NCBI GenBank assembly: GCA_052168235.1 | Contig: JBQLZK010000050.1 | Coordinates: 1-57,957, forward strand | Origin: Thainema sp. | GTDB lineage: Bacteria > Cyanobacteriota > Cyanobacteriia > Phormidesmidales > Phormidesmidaceae | DNA: 57,957 nucleotides | Direction of reading: 5' to 3' | The notes under the pieces: generated by a model | Seen by the model: only the letters and a program-made list of their open reading frames with translations | Database searches by the model: none | Told to the model about the DNA's origin: nothing | Position numbers and translations under genes: made by a program | Shown: positions 10,539-20,906 of the stretch, one piece after another | Position numbering within the stretch: the first letter of the stretch is position 1 | Layout of the letters: each line of letters starts with the position of its first letter

Positions 10539-12876
10539 AGCATTTGGTCGGGCTTTAACCCATCATCCGATTTGGCATGCGGGGTGGCGTATACTGCCGG
10601 GAATAGCAACTGCACTTGCGATCGCAGGTCTGTTTCAGTTAGAAGTCTTGCGACCGCTGGAACAAATGGCGTACCGGAGTTTGTTTCATCTGCGGGGGGA
10701 ACGACCTTGGGATGAGCGGCTAGTGCTAATTGAAATCGACGACCGCAGTTTGCAGCAGTTGGGTCGCTTTCCCTGGTCGCGATCTCGCTATGCCAGCTTG
10801 TTAAACCAGCTTTCTGCCAGCCAATCATCGGTAGTGGTCTTTAACTTGCTCTGGTCAGAACCTAGTTCAGACGATGCGGCACTGGCGGCAGCAATTGATC
10901 AGCATGGTCGAATCGTATTGTCGCAAGCCTGGGCGGCGACGTCGGAGCAGCTTTCCCCAGTGCCGCTATTGGCAGAGGGTGCGATCGCAATTGGCCATAT
11001 TCAGCAGCAGAAGAGTAGCGATGGCATTGTGCGAACGCTCTTGCCCTATATTGATGGCGAGCCAGCCTTAAGCGTGGCTGCTGTGCAAGCCTATAGTCTA
11101 GTGGCTGAGTCGATACCGCTGCCCACTGCAGATGACCCTGTGTGGATCAACTGGCCTGCTGCCAGTCGGACGCTGCCGACCTATTCTTTTGTGGATGTGT
11201 ATCAAGGTCTGGTTCCGCCTGAAACCTGGGATAACAAAATTGTGCTGGTGGGCGTGACGGCTACGGGTATTGATGAGATGGTGACGCCATTTGACTATGA
11301 GCCGCCCGCCAATAGTGTGCATCTTCATGCGGCGGCATTGACTAGTTTGCTCCAGCAAAACTGGCTAAAGCCGATGCCGCAGGTCGGCTGGCTGCTAATT
11401 TTGTTCGTGGGTGGGCCAGGGCTGAGCTGGCTGATGACGGGATGCTCAACCCGCAAGCAGTTTGGCATGGTGACGGGACTGAGCATGAGCTGGGGCATCT
11501 TGAGCCTGCTGCTGTTTCGGGCAAATTACCTGCTGCCCGTGGCGACACCGCTGATTCTATTTTGCGCAACAGCCATTGCGATCGCACTGATTGAGCGGCT
11601 GCGGGAAAGCCAGCTTCTCCAGCAGCAGATTGAGCAACTTTGGACGATGTATCAAACCGATTTGGTTGGCCCGACGGGGGAGCTGGCGCTGCCTGTTGAT
11701 CACTGGACGGAACCGAGCTTTATCTACCGTCCGGTTTCCCTGTGGCGGATTACCCAGCTATCTGCGATCGCGCAGCAACTGGGCCGATCCCAATCGACGC
11801 AAACGGCCATTGCCCAGAGCTTATCGGTTGGTTTGCTCGCTGCCCATGAGGATGAGCGGATTTGGTTTCTCAATTCAGTCGCAGCCCACTGTCTGCAAGT
11901 AGAGGTCGGGCAGGACTTAACCAGTTGTCTTGTGCCCCACTGGCTGACGGCTGAAGACTGGCATACGGTGCGTCAACGGCTGTTGGATACGCAAATGGTC
12001 GATATTAAAGAGGTGTATCGCGATCATCACTGGTATGAACTGCAGTTTGAACTGCTGCACTATCCGCTGCCGACCTTTCAGCCGGACGAAAAGCGGGTTC
12101 TCAATGGCTGGCTGCTGCTGATTAAAGATATTAGCGATCGCAAACAAATTGAAACGAATTTGAGCCGTCAAATCGAGGAACAGCGGCAGCTCAATGTGAT
12201 GAAGGATGATTTTTTGAGCACGGTGTCCCATGAGCTGCGATCGCCGATGGCCAATATCAAGATGTCGATTCAACTGCTGGAAATTGCGCAGACACCGGAA
12301 CAGCGTGAGCGGTATCTGGAGATTTTGCGGGCCGAGTGCGATCGCGAAACGGATTTGATTAATGATCTGCTTGATCTCCAGCGTTTAGAAGCTGGAGCTA
12401 AGGATCTCCTGCCTGAACCAATTCCGATTCCGGTTTGGTTGCCCCATATTGCCGAATCGTTTCAGGGGCGGATCCTGGAGCGACAGCAACATCTGGAAAT
12501 AGACTGTCCCGAAGATTTACCCAGCGTCACCACCGACCGCTTGTGCTTGGAGCGAATTCTGGGCGAGCTGATTCACAACGCCTGCAAATACACGCCTCCG
12601 ACTGAACGGATTACGGTGCGGGCCGTGGCGGTATCGCAACACCTGATGATTCAAGTGCAAAATTCCGGTGCCGAAATTCCAGCAGCTGAACTACCGCGCA
12701 TTTTTGATAAGTTCTATCGGGTGGCTAGCGGCGACCGCTGGCAGCAGGGCGGCACGGGACTGGGGCTAGCGCTGATTAAAAAACTGACGGAACTCCTGGG
12801 CGGAGAAATTTGCGTTACCAGTCGGGACAACTTGACCACGTTTACTGTGCAACTGCCTCAGAAGATCGCAGAGTAA
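10516..12876 (+). CDS. CHASE2-domain sensor histidine kinase
   Basis: CHASE2 (IEIDDRSL, GRFPWSR, KIVLVG), 3 TM, PAS-like segment, SHELRSPM H-box, ELIHNACKY N-box, GTGLGL G2 box. Confidence 0.92.
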   Translation: MRFWCAPRAFGRALTHHPIWHAGWRILPGIATALAIAGLFQLEVLRPLEQMAYRSLFHLRGERPWDERLVLIEIDDRSLQQLGRFPWSRSRYASLLNQLSASQSSVVVFNLLWSEPSSDDAALAAAIDQHGRIVLSQAWAATSEQLSPVPLLAEGAIAIGHIQQQKSSDGIVRTLLPYIDGEPALSVAAVQAYSLVAESIPLPTADDPVWINWPAASRTLPTYSFVDVYQGLVPPETWDNKIVLVGVTATGIDEMVTPFDYEPPANSVHLHAAALTSLLQQNWLKPMPQVGWLLILFVGGPGLSWLMTGCSTRKQFGMVTGLSMSWGILSLLLFRANYLLPVATPLILFCATAIAIALIERLRESQLLQQQIEQLWTMYQTDLVGPTGELALPVDHWTEPSFIYRPVSLWRITQLSAIAQQLGRSQSTQTAIAQSLSVGLLAAHEDERIWFLNSVAAHCLQVEVGQDLTSCLVPHWLTAEDWHTVRQRLLDTQMVDIKEVYRDHHWYELQFELLHYPLPTFQPDEKRVLNGWLLLIKDISDRKQIETNLSRQIEEQRQLNVMKDDFLSTVSHELRSPMANIKMSIQLLEIAQTPEQRERYLEILRAECDRETDLINDLLDLQRLEAGAKDLLPEPIPIPVWLPHIAESFQGRILERQQHLEIDCPEDLPSVTTDRLCLERILGELIHNACKYTPPTERITVRAVAVSQHLMIQVQNSGAEIPAAELPRIFDKFYRVASGDRWQQGGTGLGLALIKKLTELLGGEICVTSRDNLTTFTVQLPQKIAE

Positions 12877-13777
12877 AGAACGTGACTTCAGGTGGACAGT
12901 TGATTCGAATGGGTATTTTACTAAATCCGATGCCCCGATTCACGTAGAGCTGATTGCCCGATTGACCATAATCTTCTGCAACCCAACCATCGGCATGGGC
13001 CTCACCGCTTTCAGTTAGGTCGAGCCAGCTCCAAAACGGGGTAGAAGGTAAGCTAATTTGGCCACCGTGGGTGTGACCTGCGATCGCAAATGGTGCTGTT
13101 TCTGCTGGAAACTGGGGAAACGTGGCGGGATTGTGCATCATGACCAGTCGAGGACTGGCGGTGGGTACTTCTGCCAGGGCTGCCTGAACGCGATCGCGCT
13201 CAGCAACATGAGAATCAATGCCAACTAAATAGAGCGTCTGGGCAGGATTCTGCGCGTTTGTAGACTCACTCTCCGGTAACGACAGCGGCACCACTTCATT
13301 CCGCAGAACCACAATGCCAATGGCCTCTAGCGCTTCTTCTACGCGATTGGCTAATTCCGGCTGGGGTGGTGTGTGGCTGTAGTCGTGGTTGCCCAGAACG
13401 GCATAAGTGGGAATACCTGCTGCGGTCAATGGCTGTAGCAGTTCAACCGCTTGACTGATTTCGGCTTCCGGATCTGGAAGCGAATGATAAATAAAATCGC
13501 CGCTAATCAACGCCACTGCAGGGGATGCGTCCACGAGTTCTTCAACGCTCCGGCGCACCGTGCTGACGTTATCCATCCACATGCCAAGCTGAAAATCAGA
13601 AACCTGCCCAACTCGCTGCCCGTCCCACGCTGTAGGTAAATTGGGAATCGTAGCGGTTTCCTGCTCGGAATCGAGGATATATGGTTCAATCAAGCCCCAC
13701 AGCAGAATTACTGCCAAGAAGCCTATAATGCCCAAAAATAAGTACTTTAATGTTCGTCCGACACCTTTCCTATGCAT
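12842..13777 (-). CDS. Metallophosphoesterase (YkuE/YaeI-like)
   Basis: SDFQ, ISGDF, VLGNHD, MHNP, GHTHGGQ and YVNRGIG calcineurin-like motifs. Confidence 0.92.
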   Translation of the reverse strand: MHRKGVGRTLKYLFLGIIGFLAVILLWGLIEPYILDSEQETATIPNLPTAWDGQRVGQVSDFQLGMWMDNVSTVRRSVEELVDASPAVALISGDFIYHSLPDPEAEISQAVELLQPLTAAGIPTYAVLGNHDYSHTPPQPELANRVEEALEAIGIVVLRNEVVPLSLPESESTNAQNPAQTLYLVGIDSHVAERDRVQAALAEVPTASPRLVMMHNPATFPQFPAETAPFAIAGHTHGGQISLPSTPFWSWLDLTESGEAHADGWVAEDYGQSGNQLYVNRGIGFSKIPIRINCPPEVTFFTLRSSEAVAQ

Positions 13778-14006
13778 GTTATTTAAGGCTGATCATCACC
13801 TGACGTTAGACAATGTGACATTCACCTTGTCCTATCGGAGGACGGAAATCTGCGATCGCAGTTCTGCCCTAATTGACTGATTGATGAGAAACCAGCCGCG
13901 TAAGATTGCTATATCGGTATCGTATTGATCGTGACGACTTGGCCTCACGACTTGGCCTTAGACGACTTGAACTTGATTGCTATCCGTCCTGTTCTCCTTA
14001 TGTCTT

Positions 14007-15497
14007 ATGGACTTAACCCCAGCTTCCTCCCAGCAACTCCCCAACTACATCAACGGTCAGTGGTGTGCAGCCAGCACCAGCGAAACCCTAGAGGTGCGAA
14101 ATCCGGCCACGTTGGAGATCCTCGCCCACGTGCCGATTTCGCCCGCAGCGGATATTGATCAAGCGGCAGAGGCTGCCCAGGCGGCGTTTTGCGAGTGGCG
14201 GCGCACCCCGGCCACGACGCGGATTCGCTATCTGTTTCAACTGCGGGAACTGATGGAAGCGCATTTTGATGACTTGGCCCGCACGATCACAATGGAATGC
14301 GGCAAAACCCTGAAGGAATCCCAGGGGGAGATGCGGCGAGCCGTGGAAAACGTGGAAACAGCCTGCGGTATTCCCATGCTGATGCAGGGCTACAACAGCG
14401 AGGATATTGCTCGCGGCATTGACGAGATGATGATCCGGCAGCCGCTGGGCGTGACGGCAATTATTGCGCCGTTCAACTTTCCCGGCATGATTCCCTTTTG
14501 GTTTATGCCCTATGCGATCGCATGTGGCAACACCTGCATCATCAAGCCCTCGGAAAAGGTGCCGCTGACGATGCATAAAGTATTTGAACTGATCGATCAG
14601 CTGGATTTGCCGCCCGGTGTCGTGAACTTAGTCAACGGCGCGAAAGAAGCCGTCGATGCCATTCTGGATCATGAGCTGATCCGCTCGGTCAGCTTTGTCG
14701 GATCGTCACCCGTCGCCAAATACGTCTACAGTCGGGCCGCGCTGAAGGGGAAACGGGCGCAGTGTCAGGGCGGGGCAAAGAATCCAGTGATTATTCTGCC
14801 CGATGCCGATTTGGAGATGACGACGCGCATTCTGGCTGACAGCGCCTTCGGCTGTGCCGGACAGCGCTGCTTGGCGGCTTCGGTAGCGGTGACGGTGGGA
14901 GCAGCGAAGGGCGATTTTACCGATGCGATCTCATCCGCTGCTGAGTCTCGCGTCGTTGGGTACGGTTTGGACAATGGCGTGGAAATGGGTACGGTGATTT
15001 CCGCTCAGAGTAAATCGCGAATTGAAGGGCTGATTCACAAAGGCGAACAGGCGGGCGCTAAGCTGCTGATTGATGGACGAGGTGCCAAGATTACGGGTTA
15101 CGAAGACGGTCATTTCGTGCGGCCCACGATTCTCTCAGATGTTGATCCGGCGGGTGAAATTGCCAAAACGGAAATCTTTGGCCCGGTTTTGAGCTTGATT
15201 CACGTTGACACAATTGAAGCTGCGATCGCACTGATTAATCAAAATCAGTATGGCAACATGGCCTGCTTATTCACCAGCAGCGGCGCGGCGGCGCGTCAGT
15301 TTCGCTACGAAGCGGAAGCGGGCAACATCGGTATCAATATTGGCGTGGCGGCACCGATGGCCTTTTTCCCGTTCAGCGGCTGGAAAGAAAGTTTCTTTGG
15401 CGATTTGCACGGACAGGGACAGCACGCGGTTGAGTTTTTTACGCAAACCAAAGTCGTGGTTGAACGCTGGCCGCAGGAATGGTCACGCCAGTTTTAG
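14007..15497 (+). CDS. mmsA: CoA-acylating methylmalonate-semialdehyde dehydrogenase
   Basis: [42 protein letters not shown] and [16 protein letters not shown] 14007 chosen over upstream TTG. Confidence 0.93.
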   Translation: MDLTPASSQQLPNYINGQWCAASTSETLEVRNPATLEILAHVPISPAADIDQAAEAAQAAFCEWRRTPATTRIRYLFQLRELMEAHFDDLARTITMECGKTLKESQGEMRRAVENVETACGIPMLMQGYNSEDIARGIDEMMIRQPLGVTAIIAPFNFPGMIPFWFMPYAIACGNTCIIKPSEKVPLTMHKVFELIDQLDLPPGVVNLVNGAKEAVDAILDHELIRSVSFVGSSPVAKYVYSRAALKGKRAQCQGGAKNPVIILPDADLEMTTRILADSAFGCAGQRCLAASVAVTVGAAKGDFTDAISSAAESRVVGYGLDNGVEMGTVISAQSKSRIEGLIHKGEQAGAKLLIDGRGAKITGYEDGHFVRPTILSDVDPAGEIAKTEIFGPVLSLIHVDTIEAAIALINQNQYGNMACLFTSSGAAARQFRYEAEAGNIGINIGVAAPMAFFPFSGWKESFFGDLHGQGQHAVEFFTQTKVVVERWPQEWSRQF

Positions 15498-15565
15498 TCG
15501 CAGTAACTGGTAGCCATAATTTGACGGCAGTCTTAATGTCGAGAGTTTAGTGTGCTTTACTGAAT

Positions 15566-15676
15566 TGCTTAGGAGCGTAAATTTAATAAGGTGAAATCTT
15601 TGGGGTAGGGACACGGCATTGCCGTGTCCCTACGGATGGAATGATTGACAGGCTATTTAATTCACGCTCCTAAGCA
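15566..15676. mobile_element. MITE-like element: 23-bp terminal inverted repeats enclosing a GTAG-REP hairpin
   Basis: TGCTTAGGAGCGTAAATTTAATA ... TATTTAATTCACGCTCCTAAGCA (2 mismatches) around GTAGGGACACGGCATTGCCGTGTCCCTAC (15605-15633). Confidence 0.65.
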
Positions 15677-16549
15677 CCCTCCACTGTCGAAAATGGCCAC
15701 GCAATATTGTATTGATATAATCCAGTATAAAAAGCAACTAGCAAATATTGATTCTAGTGATTAATTCTGACTCGCATCTGTACATCAAGCATGGATCATG
15801 AAATTTATCTGCATAGTGATAAAGCCAGTTCTTTTAATTTAAATTAACCACAAAATAAATTAGGCTGCTCTCCTGACAAGGATTACAGCGCAAAGCAGCT
15901 CAAATTTCTGATTTCGTAAGTTGTGATCGAGTGCGTTAGATCAATCAAATCTTTTAGGTTGAATTTGATTGCAAAGTGCTGCATCCCTCTTATGACGTTG
16001 ATTGCAGCTTGTTCAGTCAAAACGATTTAGCTCAGTCGTTCTGCTTGGCTTTATCTCAACCTCAATTAAGCTTGTCCAACTCTTAATGGTTTAACTATTG
16101 AAGAGATAATTTTGCATGGTTAAAATCTGGGTTAACAAACAGATAATTTTTTCTTAATCTAGCTGATCATGAGTTTTATCTTGAATAAATCCTGTTCGGT
16201 CTAGCTTCACTGCTCAGTTTGGCTATGGCGACGATATTGATGGCTCTAGTGAGCTGCATCCCTGATGAAATCAGCGTTTTATCGGTTCATATGCAAAATC
16301 ATCCACCGACCGAATATCCAAGCGATTTTGTTCAGTCAATGGACTCTGGATGTTTAGATTAAGGAAAAAATAAGGCAATTAAGCCCAAATCGGGAACATC
16401 AAGCCTGATAACCGTCTGAAGGTTAAGGTGCTTGTATATCTGGTTGTCAAACCTGGTACTTCCCAATTTGTCTCTGATTTGAGAAGTGCTGCACCTTCAG
16501 AACTTTGAATTGATCTGCCCAAAGATCCGAAGCCCTTAGGAGACTAACT

Positions 16550-17251
16550 GTGAAAAAACTGATCAACTCCACCCTTTTGCTTAATCTTGGCTTAACTATT
16601 GCTGCGATCGCACTGGTGATCCTAAATTACACCCATCCCAGCTTCATTGTTTACTTAACGGATGAAGACGGTTGGTTTGAAGGCGGCAGCGCCGTACTGT
16701 ATGGCTTTGCTGCTATTGCTTGTCTAATGGGATTACGTCAGCCCCGTTCGCCCCGTTCACTGTGGCGGGTCTGGTGTTTGCTGTTTGCGACGCTGTTCTT
16801 GGTAGTTGCGGGTGAAGAAATTAGCTGGGGGCAGAGGATTTGGGGCATTGCCACACCGAGTTCGCTTGAAAGCGTAAATGTTCAACAAGAACTGAACTTT
16901 CATAATATTGATGGGATTCACCAGCACATTCGACTACTCGCGGTTCTCTTTATCGGCATAGTTTGCATTGCTATTCCCCTGTGGGCACAGATCAACCTGG
17001 CGTTTCGGCAACTGTTAGAGCGATTCGCAGTACCTGTTTTCCCAATCTACTACTCTAGTTTGATTGTGATTGCGCTGCTGTTTATGGTTGTTCCACGCTT
17101 GATCAGTGGCAGAGAGAGCTTTGCAATGGATGAAATCAGTGAGCTTTATCTTTCAATCGCCTTCTGCTTGTTTGCCATAACTCAATTTGCGCGCCCCCAA
17201 CCTGTGTCAATTCCACCGCAATCTTCCTCAGTGTTCTCCTCGCTCAAGTGA
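16550..17251 (+). CDS. Hypothetical multi-pass membrane protein
   Basis: AGGAG RBS, GTG start; TM helices with EDGWFE, GEEISWGQR and NVQQELNFHN motifs. Confidence 0.8.
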   Translation: MKKLINSTLLLNLGLTIAAIALVILNYTHPSFIVYLTDEDGWFEGGSAVLYGFAAIACLMGLRQPRSPRSLWRVWCLLFATLFLVVAGEEISWGQRIWGIATPSSLESVNVQQELNFHNIDGIHQHIRLLAVLFIGIVCIAIPLWAQINLAFRQLLERFAVPVFPIYYSSLIVIALLFMVVPRLISGRESFAMDEISELYLSIAFCLFAITQFARPQPVSIPPQSSSVFSSLK

Positions 17252-17284
17252 TGTTGAGTCCGTTTCCAAAGAGCTGCAAATGAA

Positions 17285-17327
17285 TTGAGGGTTGTGTGAG
17301 GCTGATTCACACAACCCTCAACTTTTG
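17285..17327 (+). terminator. Rho-independent terminator
   Basis: 15-bp stem TTGAGGGTTGTGTGA/TCACACAACCCTCAA followed by CTTTTG. Confidence 0.7.
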
Positions 17328-17736
17328 TTGGTCGCAGCTATAGAAATGGGTAATCTGGATTAAGCCCTATCTAAATTTTCAGCGTCGTGAAAAAGATCGC
17401 ATAAGATGAAGATCCTGAAGGATTCGTCATCGCACGGCTATTTGCTGCCTAAGGTTCTGTTCGTTCTAGGTTTGGTTTACGGATAGCAAACGCGCGTTGA
17501 AAAGTTCATATTTAGTTGGGCCGTTCTCGTTTACACTGCTAAGCATTCCAAGGTCTATAAATTGGTATAACTTGTTGAGTTTTATACTTACGATACTGAA
17601 TTATTAGTTAGATAAGAAAAAGTTGCGATCGCACATGCTCATGTAATTGACTGATGTGATTGGTCGCGAATTCGGATCAGGTTAGCATCTTGGCTTTTTT
17701 CTAATTTCGTGATCGGCGAACTCTCTGCATTCTGCC

Positions 17737-18510
17737 ATGAATATTGCAACTGCCCAAGACTGCCTCTCCATTCTGCGACAAGACGTGCCTGCGTGGAATG
17801 AATGGCGGGATCAGCATCCTGATCTCAAACCAGATTTAACCGAGGTAGACCTGAGCGGTGCGAATTTAACTCGCGCGAATCTCAGTGGCACGATTCTAGT
17901 TGCGGCTAACTTGAGTGAAGCGGATCTGAGTGGGGCCAACTTTATTAACGCCCAACTGCGCCGCGCGAATCTTGGCCAAGCTCGCTTGATCGGTGCCAGT
18001 CTGATTGGTTGCCATTTAGAAGGTGCCGACTTATCTGGTGTCAACTTAATTGGAGCCCGATTGATCAGCGCTAAGTTAACTGGCGTCAACTTTACCCAGG
18101 CAGACTTGCGAAAAACGGACTTGCGAAAAACGGACTGTGCAGCGGCCAATTTTGCGTTAACGAACTGCCACGGTGCCACGTTTCAGGATGCAGACCTAAC
18201 TCGGGCTGATTTTAGCAATGCGGATATTAGTCAAGCCAATTTGCAGCGAGCTGTTTTGATCTGCGCCAATCTGAAAAGCACCAACTGTAGTCAAGCTGAT
18301 TTAAGCGATGCGAATTTGATGGCCAGTCAGCTCAATCGGACGAACTTCACTCAGGCGATTCTCCGCAACACGCTGTTTGTGCGATCGCACCTGCGCCACA
18401 TTATCCTCACAGACGCCATCCTAGATCAAACCAACTTTCAAGATGCCAAAATTGAAAGTACGACCTTTGACGACGTGAACTGCAACAGTTCTATTGGTTT
18501 ATCAAGTTAA
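17737..18510 (+). CDS. Pentapeptide repeat protein
   Basis: WNEWR N-terminal cap then A(N/D)Lxx repeats. Confidence 0.92.
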   Translation: MNIATAQDCLSILRQDVPAWNEWRDQHPDLKPDLTEVDLSGANLTRANLSGTILVAANLSEADLSGANFINAQLRRANLGQARLIGASLIGCHLEGADLSGVNLIGARLISAKLTGVNFTQADLRKTDLRKTDCAAANFALTNCHGATFQDADLTRADFSNADISQANLQRAVLICANLKSTNCSQADLSDANLMASQLNRTNFTQAILRNTLFVRSHLRHIILTDAILDQTNFQDAKIESTTFDDVNCNSSIGLSS

Positions 18511-18549
18511 CGATCCATTCGATCAATTCAAAGTGGTGTAGGTGGTCAC

Positions 18550-19320
18550 TTAATCCAGTTCAATAGTGCGATCGCTGCCTTCTTCCAGATAGTGCTCCCA
18601 GTTGATCGAGGGCATACCCTCGAAAATTTCCTTGAGCGACGTTTCCCAGAGCAAACGGATTTTGGCCAGATAGGGATCGCCAATCCGGAGCTGTAGCTGG
18701 TGGCGGATTTCAAAACTGCCGGAGTTGTACATCATCAAATTAATGGGCGGTCCGACGGAAATATTGGAGCGCATGGTGGAATCAATCGAGAGCAGTGCGC
18801 ATTTCGCTACGGATTCCAGTGCAGTGTCAAACTTCAGCGTTCGATCCAGAATCGGCTTGCCGTATTTCGTCTCGCCAATCTGCAAATAAGGGGTTTCGGG
18901 TGTGGCCTGAATACAGTTTCCTTGACTGTAGACCCGATAGAGCTGCGCCTCTTCGCCGCGAATTTGACCGCCAATCAGCAGACTACAGCGAAAATCAATA
19001 TTGTCTTTTTCTAACCACTGCCGATCTTGCTCTTCTATACTGCGAAGTTTGCGCCCGACGTAGCGAGTGACTTCATACATCGTCGGCTGCGTGAGCAGGC
19101 TTTCATCGGCGGTCGTTTTGATGTCCCGATTCAGCTCGTGCAGTACGGCCTGCGTCACCGAGAGGTTACCAGAAGTGCTGATTAAAATCACCCGTTCTCC
19201 GGGGATAACGAAGTCAAACAGCTTGCGATAGGTCGAAATATAGTCAACCCCCGCATTGGTGCGGGAGTCGGCTGCCATCACCAATCCGGCTTGATTAATC
19301 ACACCCAGACAGTAGGTCAT
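18550..19320 (-). CDS. Proteasome-type protease (Anbu)
   Basis: N-terminal (M)TYCLG nucleophile Thr, DSRTNAGVD, QIGETKYGKPILDR and STMRSNISVGPP. Confidence 0.93.
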   Translation of the reverse strand: MTYCLGVINQAGLVMAADSRTNAGVDYISTYRKLFDFVIPGERVILISTSGNLSVTQAVLHELNRDIKTTADESLLTQPTMYEVTRYVGRKLRSIEEQDRQWLEKDNIDFRCSLLIGGQIRGEEAQLYRVYSQGNCIQATPETPYLQIGETKYGKPILDRTLKFDTALESVAKCALLSIDSTMRSNISVGPPINLMMYNSGSFEIRHQLQLRIGDPYLAKIRLLWETSLKEIFEGMPSINWEHYLEEGSDRTIELD

Positions 19321-19334
19321 ACTGGTTCTAATAC

Positions 19335-19706
19335 CTATCCTCGACCTCGCAGTAGCTGCTTCACTGTTTCCACCATTTCATCGGGGCGAAATGGTTTAGC
19401 GATATAGGCATCAGCGCCCTGCTTCATGCCCCAGTAGCGATCGAATTCTTCGCCTTTAGACGAACAGATGACAACCGGAATATCCTGGGTGGTGCGGTTA
19501 CTTTTAACCCAACGGCAAAGCTCATAGCCGTTCATGTTGGGCATCACAATATCCATGACAACTAGGTCTGGTGGGCTGGCCTCAATTTTCTGCTTGGCCT
19601 CTGCACCATCAGACGCTTCCAGTACTTTGATACCGACTTTACCGAGCAGATCGGCAATCATCTCCCGTACGGTATTACTATCGTCTACAACTAAAACCGT
19701 CCTCAT
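19335..19706 (-). CDS. Single-domain response regulator (CheY/PilH-like)
   Basis: VLVVDDS, MDIVMP, CSSK..EFDRYWGMKQGADAYIAKPF. Confidence 0.93.
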   Translation of the reverse strand: MRTVLVVDDSNTVREMIADLLGKVGIKVLEASDGAEAKQKIEASPPDLVVMDIVMPNMNGYELCRWVKSNRTTQDIPVVICSSKGEEFDRYWGMKQGADAYIAKPFRPDEMVETVKQLLRGRG

Positions 19707-20240
19707 GCTATCTGATGCTCCTGGTGGGCCATTGAATCAAAATGATGGGTAGACATAATGGTGACTTGCCCCCTTAGCCAGGTTAAAAAGGCACTGGGAA
19801 GATGAACACACCGCAATTCAAAAATTGCATCACTCAAACTGCTGACTCGAACCGCTTAATCAAGACATTGAGTCAAGCGGTTTAGCTGAGATACTTCGCT
19901 AAACTGCGATCGCATCTCTACAAATCTATCCTGCCTATATAATTCCCCATTTTTACGGTAACTTCTAACTTTCAGGTGACTAATTCTCTCAGGTGACTAA
20001 TTCTATCGAATTCCGTAGTGAAGCGAAAGTCGAATGGAGGGATTCCGATCGAATCGCGTACGCAATATCCCCATTAGTGCTGAATGAGTGCTGACCAAGG
20101 AGGCTAACACTCCTGAATAATATTCGAAAAACGTGACAAAACCTGAAAACGTTCGAACGTTAGATTGTCTATCTGTCTTCAAGCCAAATGGTGATCGCCA
20201 ACGGTTTAGCTACTCCATAGCAGTATGAGGAGAGGAATCT

Positions 20241-20906
20241 TCAGGGGGTAATCAACCCTTTTTGCAAAGCGAGCACGACTGCCTGAGTGCGATCGCGCAC
20301 CTCTAGCTTTTGTAGAATCGAGTGAACATGCACCCTGACTGTTCCTGGCGCGATATACAGAGCATCTGCTATTTCTGGATTACTTTTACCGCTGGCAATC
20401 AGCGTCAGAATCTCCAATTCGCGCTGGGTGAGCGGATTTTCAGCCGGAATCTCTGCCGGAGTCGGAGCGGGTTGCTTAGCTTGGAAGGCGGACTGAATTT
20501 CCCGAGTAGCGGTCGGATCCCACCAGGAAGCTCCTGCCGCAATCGATTGAATGGCCAAGATCAGCGAATCCGCATCAACCCCTTTAACGCAGTAGCCTTG
20601 TGCCCGCGCCTCAATCAAGCGGGAAATCAGCGCAGGTTGAGAATGGGAGGTCAGGATCAGAATCGGCAGTTCGGGATGGTGCTGCTTGATCTGATGACAC
20701 GCTTCGACTCCCCCTATTCCTGGCAGTCCGACATCCAAAATCACAATGTCAAACGGCTGCTGGTCTACAAGCTGGATGGCGGTTTCACCATCCTCGGCCT
20801 CAGCCGTAATCTGAAGTGTCGTTTCCTGCTGGAGTCGCGTAGACAGCCCCAAGCGAAACAGCTCATCATCTTCTACGAGCAGAATTCTAATTGGCGCGTC
20901 AACCAT
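20241..20906 (-). CDS. NarL/LuxR-family response regulator, probable kdp regulator
   Basis: Receiver domain (LVEDD, LDVGLP) plus LTQRELEIL...SNPEIADAL...TVRVHV LuxR HTH; ATG directly follows the kinase TGA. Confidence 0.92.
   Translation of the reverse strand: MVDAPIRILLVEDDELFRLGLSTRLQQETTLQITAEAEDGETAIQLVDQQPFDIVILDVGLPGIGGVEACHQIKQHHPELPILILTSHSQPALISRLIEARAQGYCVKGVDADSLILAIQSIAAGASWWDPTATREIQSAFQAKQPAPTPAEIPAENPLTQRELEILTLIASGKSNPEIADALYIAPGTVRVHVHSILQKLEVRDRTQAVVLALQKGLITP

Noticed and set aside
12842..12876. Overlap of the convergent kinase and phosphoesterase 3' ends
   Set aside because: Short convergent overlaps are common and imply no shared function
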